A stretch of DNA of 64,000 nucleotides, taken from positions 1-64,000 of the forward strand of contig JBBRLQ010000025.1 of assembly GCA_038231275.1 (NCBI GenBank). Reading direction: 5' to 3'. Each line of letters starts with the position of its first letter. Position 1 is the first letter of the stretch. Below are positions 39,738-48,703 of the stretch, piece after piece. Made by a program: the position numbers and the translations under genes. This stretch comes from Polyangiales bacterium (GTDB lineage Bacteria > Myxococcota_A > Polyangia > Polyangiales > Polyangiaceae). Under the pieces are notes generated by a model. The model had not been told where the DNA came from. It saw only the letters and a program-made list of their open reading frames with translations, and did no database searches.

Positions 39738-42281
39738 ATGCCGGTCTCGCTCGTTTTCGAGAACGACGCAGCGACGGTGCGGTGCCTGGAGGTGTCCGGG
39801 CGCGAGCGCCTCGGCGAGGCCGACGCCTTCGAGATCCTGGCGGCCGCGAGCGAGCCGATCGACACCAAGGCCATCCTCGGAAAGGCCTGCGCGCTCGGGA
39901 TCGACACGCCGCAAGGGCATCGGTGGATCCCTGGCATCGTCTGGTCGGCGACGACGCGCCTCCAGTCGGGCGCCGACGCCGCGCGCGAATACCGAATCTC
40001 GATGCGCTCGCGTTTCGCGCGGCTCGAGCTCGCGCGGCGGTCGGATGTCTTCCAGCACTTGAGCGTGCCGGACATCGTCAAGAAGGTGCTCGAGGGCGGC
40101 GGCTATCTGTCGAGCGACGTCGAGACGCACCTGACGGGAACCCACCCCAAGCGCGAGTACGTCACGCAGTACGACGAGACCGACGCGGCGTTCGTGCGGC
40201 GCATCTGCGAAGAAGAGGGGCTCTACTTCCGCTTCGCGCTCGTCGACGACCACGAGCATTTCATCCTCGAGGACAGCTCCCCCAAGGCCAAGGCTGCGCA
40301 GAAAGATCCGCTCGTCGTCGAGGAGCGCGAGGGTGTCGAGACCGAGCACGGGCATGTGTACGACGTGCGCGAGGCGCGGCGGCGGCGGCCCGGGAAGATC
40401 ACGCTGCGCGCGTACGATCCGATGAAGCCGGCGCTCGCGCTCGAAGGGGTCGCGACAGGGGGGACGTCGATCGAGAAAGGCGTCGAGATTTACCGCGGGG
40501 CGGCGAGCTTCCTCACTTCGGACGCCGGCAAGAAAGACGCCGCGACGCGGCTCGAGGCCGAGCGCGCGACCGCATCCGTGGTGACGTTCCGCACGAACGT
40601 CCCCGTGCTGCACCCCGGCGCGCGCTGCACTCTCGAAGCAGCGCCGAGCTACAAAGGCATCGCGCCGCCGACGGGCGATCTGTTCCTCGTGCAGGTCGAG
40701 CACGCGTGGAACGCCGAGGACAACGCGCACCGCCTGCGCATCGAAGCGATCCCGCTCGCCACGCCGTACCGGCTGCCACTCCTTACGAAGCGCCCTCGCG
40801 CGCTCGGCGTGCACTCGGCCGTCGTGACCGGCCCGCCTGACGAGGAGATTCACACCGACGCGCAGGGACGCGTGAAGGTTCGCTTCTACTGGGATCGGCG
40901 CGGTCCCACCGACGACAAGAGCAGCCTCTTCGTGCGCGTGATGCAGTCGAGCATGCCTGGCTCGATGGTGATCCCGCGCGTTGGGTGGGAGGTCCTCGTG
41001 ATGTTCGAGGACGGCGATCCCGATCGCCCGTACGTGCTCGGGCGAACGTACAACGCGCGTCAACCGCCGCCGGTGTCGCTGCCCGCGAACAAGACGATGA
41101 CGGCGATTCAAACCGCCAGCTCCCCCGGCGCCAAAGCAAAGAACGCGATCACGTTCGACGACGCCTCGGGCCGGCAGCACATGGTGACGGTCGCGGCGAA
41201 GAACCAGACGGTGACCGTCGCGCACGACGCGCACATCCAGACGGCGAAGGTGGAGAACCACAGCGTCGGCGGCAACCTCTCGCGCTCGGTCGGCGCCGAG
41301 GAGTCGCTGTCGGTGACGCAGGCGTACTTCACGCAGATGGCGTCGCAGACGGCGACGGTCGGCGCCGAGCAGCACATCTTCGTGAAGGGGAACTTTGCGA
41401 CAGCCGTGGCGAGCGACACGATCACGATCGGCGCGGCGCTGCTCGAGCAAGTCGGCAATCCGGTGACCGGCATCCAGAACCTCGCGACGGCGGCAGCGCT
41501 GTCCGGGCTGGGCGGCATCAAAGGCGTCGGGCCGTATTTGTCGGCGGCGGGAGGCCTCGCGCTCGGCGCGTACCAGGGATACAAAGCCGGCGGCGTAAAA
41601 GGCGCGGCGCAAGCCCTCGGAATGGGCGCCGTCGGAATGGCGGCGGGGATGGTGCCGGGCGGCGAAGCGTTGCTGGGGAGCGTACAAGACGCCGCGGCGC
41701 CCGCGCCGTGGAAGGACAAGCCGGGTCCTGCGGGCAGCGCAGAAGCAGGCGGCGGCGCCGGCGCGGCGGTCACCGACACGAGCGCCGCGCAAGGTCCGGG
41801 ACCGGGGCACAGGAATCAGATGGTCAAGGGAACGATGACCGAGATGATCGGCGCGGCCTACGGCGTCGTCACCCCGGGCAACGTTGGTTGGAAGACCACC
41901 GGCGCGTCTTCGTTCGTGATCGGCGGCAGTCACCTCACCAAGACGAAGGCGTACGTCCAGAACATCAAAGGCGCGTCGGCGGAGACCCTCGGCGCGCTCC
42001 ACGTGAAGAGCGACGGCAAGATCCAGCGCGTCGTCACCGGCACGCTCACCACCTCGATCGCGGGCGCGTTGAAATCGAGCTCGGACGGACCGCATCACGT
42101 GGTCGTTGCCGACAAGCTCACGCTCAAGGTCGGCGGCGCGCTCACGATGGAAGGGTCGACCGTGACCTTCATCGTCGGGAGCTCCAAGGTCGCGGCCTCG
42201 CCGGGTGGCGTGCTCGTCGAGGCGAGCGACATCACGATCACCGGCGACTCGAAGCAGTCGTCGAAGACCGTCCACTCATGA
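39738..42281 (+). CDS. vgrG: Type VI secretion spike protein VgrG (copy 3) with Gly/Ala-rich insertion in the needle
   Basis: QYDETDAAFVRRICEEEG, EIHTDAQGRVKVRFYWDR, IPRVGWEVL..FEDGDPDRP. Confidence 0.93.
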   Translation: MPVSLVFENDAATVRCLEVSGRERLGEADAFEILAAASEPIDTKAILGKACALGIDTPQGHRWIPGIVWSATTRLQSGADAAREYRISMRSRFARLELARRSDVFQHLSVPDIVKKVLEGGGYLSSDVETHLTGTHPKREYVTQYDETDAAFVRRICEEEGLYFRFALVDDHEHFILEDSSPKAKAAQKDPLVVEEREGVETEHGHVYDVREARRRRPGKITLRAYDPMKPALALEGVATGGTSIEKGVEIYRGAASFLTSDAGKKDAATRLEAERATASVVTFRTNVPVLHPGARCTLEAAPSYKGIAPPTGDLFLVQVEHAWNAEDNAHRLRIEAIPLATPYRLPLLTKRPRALGVHSAVVTGPPDEEIHTDAQGRVKVRFYWDRRGPTDDKSSLFVRVMQSSMPGSMVIPRVGWEVLVMFEDGDPDRPYVLGRTYNARQPPPVSLPANKTMTAIQTASSPGAKAKNAITFDDASGRQHMVTVAAKNQTVTVAHDAHIQTAKVENHSVGGNLSRSVGAEESLSVTQAYFTQMASQTATVGAEQHIFVKGNFATAVASDTITIGAALLEQVGNPVTGIQNLATAAALSGLGGIKGVGPYLSAAGGLALGAYQGYKAGGVKGAAQALGMGAVGMAAGMVPGGEALLGSVQDAAAPAPWKDKPGPAGSAEAGGGAGAAVTDTSAAQGPGPGHRNQMVKGTMTEMIGAAYGVVTPGNVGWKTTGASSFVIGGSHLTKTKAYVQNIKGASAETLGALHVKSDGKIQRVVTGTLTTSIAGALKSSSDGPHHVVVADKLTLKVGGALTMEGSTVTFIVGSSKVAASPGGVLVEASDITITGDSKQSSKTVHS

Positions 42282-43285
42282 GCGTCGCCATCGTCGGCAT
42301 GGGCTTGGTGACGCCGTTCGGCGCGACGCCGGCCGAGCACGCGTTTTTCTTGCGCGCGAGCGTTCCGTCGCCGCCTGCGTCGCCGTTCGAGACACACGAC
42401 GGCGTGCGCGTGGACGTGAATTTTTGCAGGTGGCTGGGCGCCGCGGCGCCGCTCGAAGACCGACTCGCCGCGCTGGGAGAGCGTGCGATCGCGTCGGCGC
42501 TCGCGAGCATCGCCGCGTGGGCGACGCCGCGCGAGACCGCGGTGCTTCTGTGCACGAGCAAGCCGCGGCCGGGCCTCGATGCGCTGGCGGCGGCGCGGCT
42601 CGAGAAGCACGCGTCGGTGCACGGCGACGTGAAGAAGTACTTCGGCGACGCAGGAGCCTTCGGGGCCTTGCGCGAGGCGAGGGAGCTGATCGCCGGAGGA
42701 ACGCGCGCGGTCCTCGTCGTCGCGGTCGACTCGTACGTCGCGCCGGCGGCGCTCGAGGAGCGCGTGCGTTTTCCGCCGAGCTATTGGGACTTCGATCCGC
42801 CGCCGCTCTCGGAGGGCGCGGCCGCGATGGTCCTCATGGATCCGACCGAGGCGCGTCGACGTAGCGCACCACTGCTCGGCACGATCGACGGCGCGGCCAT
42901 CGCGGCAGGGACGTCGCACGACGACAACGACGAGGCCGTGGACGGCGCGGCCATGGTCGTCGCGCTGCGACAGCTCCCCGAGAAACCGCGCCCGCGCGCC
43001 GCGTATGGGCCGTGGCGTGTGGATCTCCTTCGGCGCGACGAGTTTCAGCTCGCATCGGCGCGCGCGTCGGATCGGTTCGTGCTCGACGCCGATTTTCGGT
43101 GCCTCGAGCTTCACGTCGGGCGGCTCGGCGCCGCGTCGGGGCTCGCCAACGCGGTGTACGGCGTTGCGGTGCACGCCCACGCGGCGACCGATCGCAGCGA
43201 GGTGGCGACGGCGCCCTTCCTGGCGTGGGCGATCTCGCCCGACGGTGTGCGCGGCGCCGCGCTCCTCACAGGAGGCCGCCCGTGA
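42278..43285 (+). CDS. T6SS-associated thiolase/beta-ketoacyl-synthase-like protein (PRK06147-like)
   Basis: VAIVGMGLVTPFG, VLVVAVDS, SEGAAAMVL, VGRLGAASG; no catalytic Cys seen; ATGA overlap with vgrG. Confidence 0.75.
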   Translation: MSVAIVGMGLVTPFGATPAEHAFFLRASVPSPPASPFETHDGVRVDVNFCRWLGAAAPLEDRLAALGERAIASALASIAAWATPRETAVLLCTSKPRPGLDALAAARLEKHASVHGDVKKYFGDAGAFGALREARELIAGGTRAVLVVAVDSYVAPAALEERVRFPPSYWDFDPPPLSEGAAAMVLMDPTEARRRSAPLLGTIDGAAIAAGTSHDDNDEAVDGAAMVVALRQLPEKPRPRAAYGPWRVDLLRRDEFQLASARASDRFVLDADFRCLELHVGRLGAASGLANAVYGVAVHAHAATDRSEVATAPFLAWAISPDGVRGAALLTGGRP

Positions 43286-44766
43286 CCGACCACCGCGCGC
43301 ACGCGCTCGCGACCCTGGCGAGACGGACCGCGCGCGCTGCGCCGTTCCATGCGACCCGCGAGCGCGCGCAGCTCCTCACGCCCGCGCGGGACGCGTTCGA
43401 CGGCACGTTTCCGGATCCGACCGCGCTCCTCTCCGCGAAGGCCGACGACGGCGACGCCGTGCCGGACGTCGCACCGCTCGTTTTTCCCGGCGTGAAGGCG
43501 AAGCGCCCTGCCGACGGTCCGTTCATCGTCCGAAAGGGCGCAGGCGCCGCCGAGCCGGAGGGCGTCGTGCGCGGCGAGATTGTGCTCCAGTGCGCCGACA
43601 CGATCGGAATGCTCACGCGCCACCGCGTCGAACGTCCGATGCACGAGCTCGCCGACAACGAGGCGCAGCTCTTCACGCAGCTCGACGCGCTCGCGATTTC
43701 CGGCGGCGACGTCGTGCGATCGCTCGTCTCGTTCTGGCGCGAGAACGCCGAGCATCCGTGGAAGGCGCAAGGCGTGGCCCTCGCGCTTGCGTGCCTCGAC
43801 GGGATCGACGTTCTCGAGGCAATTTTTCGAGAAATCGAGGCGCTCCCGCCGGACCAAGACGGACTCGTGATTCCGCTCGCCGAGGCGCTCCTCGTCGCGC
43901 CGCACTCCAACGTGCCCGATCTCGCGCGCGACCTGCTCGCGTCGCCGAGCCCAATTTCGCGCGCCGTCGCCCTTGAGGCCCTCGCGCGCCGTGCGCCCTT
44001 GTCCGTCGAAGAGATTCGCCCGCACTTGGCCGACGCGCACCCCGCCGTCGTGGGGGCCGCGGTTCGCGCGTGCGCGGCGATCCCGCCTCCCGTGGGCTTG
44101 CCGCTCCTGATGCCGCTCGTCGGCCGTCCGCAGATGGGCGTCGCGTGGCCGGCCGCGCGGCAGCTCCTCGTGTGGGGGCGGCCCGAGCCGTACTTCGAAG
44201 TGCGTAGCGGTCGCGCGGCCGGGCTGGGGCCGTTCGCGCTCGAGGTGCTCGTCCTCGCAGGAGGCATGGAGGATCTCGAGCTCTTCGATCAGCTGGCGGC
44301 GAAAGAGCCCGCGTCGCCCGCGCTCGTCTCGGCGATCGCGCGGTTCGGCGCGCCGACGGCGTGGGCGCTCCTCTGCCACCACCTCGGCGACGACGAGCTC
44401 TCGGACGCGGCCGCCCGTGCCCTCGCGACGGTGTTCGGCGATCGGGTGCCGCTCAAAGAGGTCAAGAAGCCCGCTGCGTGGCGCGCGGCGATCGCGAAGG
44501 GCCGCTTCGATGGGAAGGTGCGGACGCGTCGCGGCGAGCCGTGGCGCCCGCGCACCGTCGTCGCCGAGATGCGCCGCGGCGACTTCCCGCGTGTCGAGAT
44601 GCGCGCCCGCATCGACGAGCTGATGGCGCGCACGGGCGCCCGCGTCGACGCCGAGCTCGGTCGCTGGGCGCCGGACACCTGGTCCGCGATCCACCTCTCC
44701 ATCGAGGCGTTCGACAAGGCCGACGCCCACTACCCGCCCGGCACGTGGACCACGCGCGCGCGCTGA
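43282..44766 (+). CDS. TIGR02270-like HEAT-repeat protein (T6SS effector-cluster associated)
   Basis: GGAGG RBS, GTGA overlap; EAQLFTQLDAL, HEAT-like helices, RTRRGEPW. Confidence 0.65.
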   Translation: MTDHRAHALATLARRTARAAPFHATRERAQLLTPARDAFDGTFPDPTALLSAKADDGDAVPDVAPLVFPGVKAKRPADGPFIVRKGAGAAEPEGVVRGEIVLQCADTIGMLTRHRVERPMHELADNEAQLFTQLDALAISGGDVVRSLVSFWRENAEHPWKAQGVALALACLDGIDVLEAIFREIEALPPDQDGLVIPLAEALLVAPHSNVPDLARDLLASPSPISRAVALEALARRAPLSVEEIRPHLADAHPAVVGAAVRACAAIPPPVGLPLLMPLVGRPQMGVAWPAARQLLVWGRPEPYFEVRSGRAAGLGPFALEVLVLAGGMEDLELFDQLAAKEPASPALVSAIARFGAPTAWALLCHHLGDDELSDAAARALATVFGDRVPLKEVKKPAAWRAAIAKGRFDGKVRTRRGEPWRPRTVVAEMRRGDFPRVEMRARIDELMARTGARVDAELGRWAPDTWSAIHLSIEAFDKADAHYPPGTWTTRAR

Positions 44767-44784
44767 TTCGCCTATTTTTAAAGC

Positions 44785-45726
44785 CTATTTCTTGCCGCGC
44801 TCGTCGCTTTCGAGCGTGCGCGTCGTCGGATCCCAGAGCACGGTGAGCGCCGCACGGAACGCAATCGCGTTCGCCGACGACGGGTAGAGCGGGTCGGCGA
44901 TCGTCGACACGAACGAGAAGCACGGCTGCACCACCGGCGTCATGAGGCGGAGGCTCGGCGACACGGCGAAGAAGGCGCGCGCGTCGTCGAGCGCCTGCCC
45001 CTCGATGAAGTAGAGCTCGAAGGCTTCGAGGCCGACGCCGAGCACGTCACCGAATTTGTAGCCGACGTAGAGCGCCGTGATCGCCGAGAGCGAGCTGCGC
45101 GTCGCGCTCCCGCGAAGGAATGACCAGTCGAGGCCTTCGCGAAATTGGACGACGAAGCGACCGTCGAGGAGGCGAAGGTCGATGAACGGGCGCGCGGTGA
45201 GGGCGTCCTTCTCGAAGAACTGGAAGTCCCATGGCCGCACCGCCGCGGCGCCGCCGGTGACGCGCGACGCCGGGCTGTTCTCGTCGAACGCGGTGACGGG
45301 GAACATGAAGCCGAGGCCGCCGCCGAACGACAGGCCCGTGCGCGTCGCCCACACGGTGCGCCCATACGCCTCGAGGTTGCCGCCGACCAGCTTGGCGGGG
45401 CCACCGCGCGACGGGTCGGAGCCGAGCGCCGTCTCGTACGTAGAGCCGACGAACCACCGGCGAAGGCCGAGCGGGACCTCGACGTTGAGGCGCTGCACGT
45501 ACTCGGTCGCCGGCTTCGTCCAGCCCGGGCCCGCCGCCGGCTTGGGGTAGAGCACCCCGACGGTCGCCTCGATCGTCGCCTCGACGTCCCGGTGCGTGAG
45601 CTCCGGCAACGTCGGCGGACGCGGCGCCTCCGGCAGATCGTACGGGTCCTCGAACGGCGTGGCGGCAAAACCGGCCTTTGGGGCCCCGAGGAGGACCGCC
45701 ATCGCGAGCACCACGCGAAGGCGCAT
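44785..45726 (-). CDS. Exported hypothetical protein, likely beta-barrel
   Basis: Signal peptide MRLRVVLAMAVLLGAPKAGFA; aromatic alternating strands. Confidence 0.65.
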   Translation of the reverse strand: MRLRVVLAMAVLLGAPKAGFAATPFEDPYDLPEAPRPPTLPELTHRDVEATIEATVGVLYPKPAAGPGWTKPATEYVQRLNVEVPLGLRRWFVGSTYETALGSDPSRGGPAKLVGGNLEAYGRTVWATRTGLSFGGGLGFMFPVTAFDENSPASRVTGGAAAVRPWDFQFFEKDALTARPFIDLRLLDGRFVVQFREGLDWSFLRGSATRSSLSAITALYVGYKFGDVLGVGLEAFELYFIEGQALDDARAFFAVSPSLRLMTPVVQPCFSFVSTIADPLYPSSANAIAFRAALTVLWDPTTRTLESDERGKK

Positions 45727-45786
45727 GGGCAGGGAATACCCGAAACTGGCCCACATTTGTTGACCCGTGTTAACCGCTGGAAGGTG

Positions 45787-48672
45787 ATGGGTAGCGACGA
45801 ACGATTCCTCGCCGAAGGCGACCCTGGGCTCGAGGCCTCCCTCGCCGAGCGCATCCTCGTCTTGCGCGCGGCCGTCCAGGCCCTGCGTGAGGCCCCCGAC
45901 TCGCCATCTACGCGCTCGCGGGTGCAGCGGCGCCTGCACGCGCTCGGGGCGGCGGCGCGGACGGTGGGCTTCTTCACGATGGCCGTGCGCATCTGCGACG
46001 CGCAGAGCGTGCTCGAGGCGGCCGACGAGCTCACGACGTTCGATCTCCAGACGCTCGACGAGCTCCTCGACGAGCTGCCTACGCTCACGCAGAAAGACGC
46101 GCTTCCGCTCGCGGGGATGCCGCGCCTCGACGGGACCGAGCCGATCACGGCGATCGTCCTCGGGGACGCGACGATCGAGGATCTCTTGCGGCCCGAGCGC
46201 GTCGCGACGACGTCGTTCGCCTCGGCGCGCTTCGAGGATCCGAGCCACGTCTGGGCGACGCTTCACCCGATGATTCCCGATGTTTTCGTGATCGATGCCG
46301 ATCTTCCCGGCGCGTACGCGTTCGTCGCGGCGCTCGTCGAGGACGCGCGAACCGAGCTCGTCCCGATCCTCGCGATCGGGCGCTTCGAGACGCGCGACGA
46401 CGTGGCGAGATATCTGGCGCTCGGGGTCACACGCACCTTCACCAAGCCGGCGACCGGCTCGGCCGTGCGCGGCGCGGCGCAAGACGCGGTCGAGCAACGC
46501 CGCGGGCACACGGTGCCGAACGAGCTGCGCATCGGGACGCTCCCGCCGCCGCCGGTGCGCCGCGCAGCCCCCAAGGCGGCACCGGTCGTCACGACCGCAG
46601 CCTCCGGACCGCCGATCCCCACGCCGATGCTCTTCATCGCGCGGCGCCTCGTCGCAGGAGACGACGATCCGGTCGTCGCCTGGTTCGTCGCGGACCACTT
46701 TCGCAAGATGGGCGCCCACGTCGACGAGGCGCTGAGCGGCCAAGCGACGCTCGCGCGCGCGCTCGACGTCGATCGGAGCGTGCCGGATCTCGTGTTCGCC
46801 GACCTGGGAATGCGCGATCTGGACGGCGGCGCGCTCGTCCGTGCCTTGCGCTCCGATCCGGCCGCGCGCGATGTTCCGGTGCTCCTGCAATCATGGAAAG
46901 AGGAGCGGCTCGAAGAGGCTCGTGAGGCGGGGATTACCGCCGCGCTGCTCTCCAAGTCGGCGACGCCCGAGGAGCTCACGACGAAGGCCGCGGAGCTGCT
47001 GGCACCGCACGCCCGACTTCGCGCCCGCCTCCGCGCCGGCGGCACGCTTACGGGCTCGCTCGAGTCCGTCACCGTTCTCCGTCTCCTCGGCATGGCGCAA
47101 GAGACCGCGCGCAGCGTGCGCATCGCCATCCGTGACGGCGCGTTCACCCACGAGCTCTTCGTGATGGGCGGCGCCCTGCGGCGCGTGATCCGGCGCTCGC
47201 CCGACGGACGCATCGAGCACGGCGCGCGCGCGATCGCGACGGCCCTCGGCGTCTCGAGCGGCACCTTCACGATCGAGGACGCGCGCGCCGAAGCGGTGAG
47301 CCCTTGCGGCGTCGCGTTCGTGGTCGACGCGGTTCGTGCCTCGCGCGCGCTCGCAGCGGCGGCGCGCGGCGCCCATTTGCCGAACGTCGCCGAGGTCCGC
47401 TTCGATCAAGACGTCGCCCACGCGGTCGCACGATTGACGGGAAAATCCAAGGAGATCGCGCAGCGTCTCACCGGCGGCTCGTCCCCGCGCGCGATGATTC
47501 ATCGCGCCGACTGCGACGCCGCCGCGCTCGAAGAGGTCCTCGTCGTCCTCTGCCGCCAAGGCTTCGTCACCGCGGTGCGCGAAGAGAGCCCGCACCTCCA
47601 CGAGCCACGTCCGGCGATGCTCCTCGAGGCCGCGCCGACGCTGCCGACGCACGCGACGCTCCCGACGCCGCCTGCGACGCCGGAGCCGCCCGCGACCGTC
47701 GCCGTGCAGGAGACGACGCTCCCTCTTCTGCTCCGTCGCCAGCGCGCGATCCTCGCCGCGCCCGCGCCGATCGTCGTCGAGAAGGCCGCACCGCCTGCAC
47801 CGGTGCCTTCGCCGGGACTCGTGACCCTCACACCTCTCTTGCCGCTCCCGATCTCCGCGCCCCCGACCGCGATCGCGACCCTGACCGCGACCGCGACCAT
47901 GACCGCGTCCGCGATCCGGCACGACATGCCCGACATGTTCGCCGTGCCAGAGCCTTCGATCTCCGTCCCGATCACCTTCGAAGACCCGCAGCACTCGCGC
48001 CCTCTCGTCGTGGCGCCGCCGCCACCTCCCCCGGCGCTTCTCCTGCCGCCGCCTGCGCCACCGCCGCCGCCGCCGACCTTCGCGAGCCCTCTCCCTTCCC
48101 TCCCCCCTCCTCCGGCGACGCCCTTCACCCTCTCGCCTCCTCCGGGTCTGCCCAGCTTCGGCAGCCTTTCGATGCCCGTGGCGCCTTCATCGGCGTTCGA
48201 CGTGCCGATGCCGGCGATGCATCTCCGCGAGGGTCGCGACGGCGACGCTGCGCCGCCCGCGACCAGCGTGACCAACAGGCCGCCGAGCCCCGAAACGCGC
48301 CGCAAAGTGAAGCGCATCGGCGTCGCGGTCGCCGTCGCCACGGTCGCCGTCGTCGCAGGTGCGGGCGTGCGCTGGACCGTCGCAGCACCTCCGCCGCGCG
48401 CCGCCGCCGCTCGCCCCGCGACGACCCTCTCGCAAGCCTCCGTGCCGGCCCAGGGCCTCCTCGACGTTTCCGCCGCCGACGGCCTCGAGATCCAAGTCGA
48501 TGGCGCACCGCGCGGACACGGCCCGAAGCTCAGCGTGAGCCTCCCCGAAGGCACCCACGAAGTGAAGACCGACGGCCCCAACGCGAAGACGCGCCTCGTC
48601 GAGATCGCCCGCGGCAAGGTGACCCATGTCGACCTCGCGTGGCGTCCGGCGCCGATCCCACCAACTCGTTGA
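45787..48672 (+). CDS. Multidomain signalling protein: HPt-like, degenerate REC, REC, DUF4388-like, Pro-rich linker, TM, PEGA-like
   Basis: RRLHALGAAARTVG; PDVFVID; AGDDD..PDLVFADLGMRDLDG; GSLESVTVLRLL; TM IGVAVAVATVAVVAGAGV; IQVDG..LPEGTHEV. Confidence 0.7.
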   Translation: MGSDERFLAEGDPGLEASLAERILVLRAAVQALREAPDSPSTRSRVQRRLHALGAAARTVGFFTMAVRICDAQSVLEAADELTTFDLQTLDELLDELPTLTQKDALPLAGMPRLDGTEPITAIVLGDATIEDLLRPERVATTSFASARFEDPSHVWATLHPMIPDVFVIDADLPGAYAFVAALVEDARTELVPILAIGRFETRDDVARYLALGVTRTFTKPATGSAVRGAAQDAVEQRRGHTVPNELRIGTLPPPPVRRAAPKAAPVVTTAASGPPIPTPMLFIARRLVAGDDDPVVAWFVADHFRKMGAHVDEALSGQATLARALDVDRSVPDLVFADLGMRDLDGGALVRALRSDPAARDVPVLLQSWKEERLEEAREAGITAALLSKSATPEELTTKAAELLAPHARLRARLRAGGTLTGSLESVTVLRLLGMAQETARSVRIAIRDGAFTHELFVMGGALRRVIRRSPDGRIEHGARAIATALGVSSGTFTIEDARAEAVSPCGVAFVVDAVRASRALAAAARGAHLPNVAEVRFDQDVAHAVARLTGKSKEIAQRLTGGSSPRAMIHRADCDAAALEEVLVVLCRQGFVTAVREESPHLHEPRPAMLLEAAPTLPTHATLPTPPATPEPPATVAVQETTLPLLLRRQRAILAAPAPIVVEKAAPPAPVPSPGLVTLTPLLPLPISAPPTAIATLTATATMTASAIRHDMPDMFAVPEPSISVPITFEDPQHSRPLVVAPPPPPPALLLPPPAPPPPPPTFASPLPSLPPPPATPFTLSPPPGLPSFGSLSMPVAPSSAFDVPMPAMHLREGRDGDAAPPATSVTNRPPSPETRRKVKRIGVAVAVATVAVVAGAGVRWTVAAPPPRAAAARPATTLSQASVPAQGLLDVSAADGLEIQVDGAPRGHGPKLSVSLPEGTHEVKTDGPNAKTRLVEIARGKVTHVDLAWRPAPIPPTR

Positions 48673-48703
48673 GCACGCGTTGAGCCGTGATACCTTCGGT
48701 CCC

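Noticed and set aside
42278..43285. Ketosynthase suggesting a PKS/fatty-acid cluster
   Set aside because: No catalytic Cys seen, no ACP/AT genes; context fits the T6SS-associated thiolase-like family
47600..48200. C-rich low-complexity tract as a non-coding repeat
   Set aside because: Explained by the Pro-rich linker of the 45787..48672 CDS
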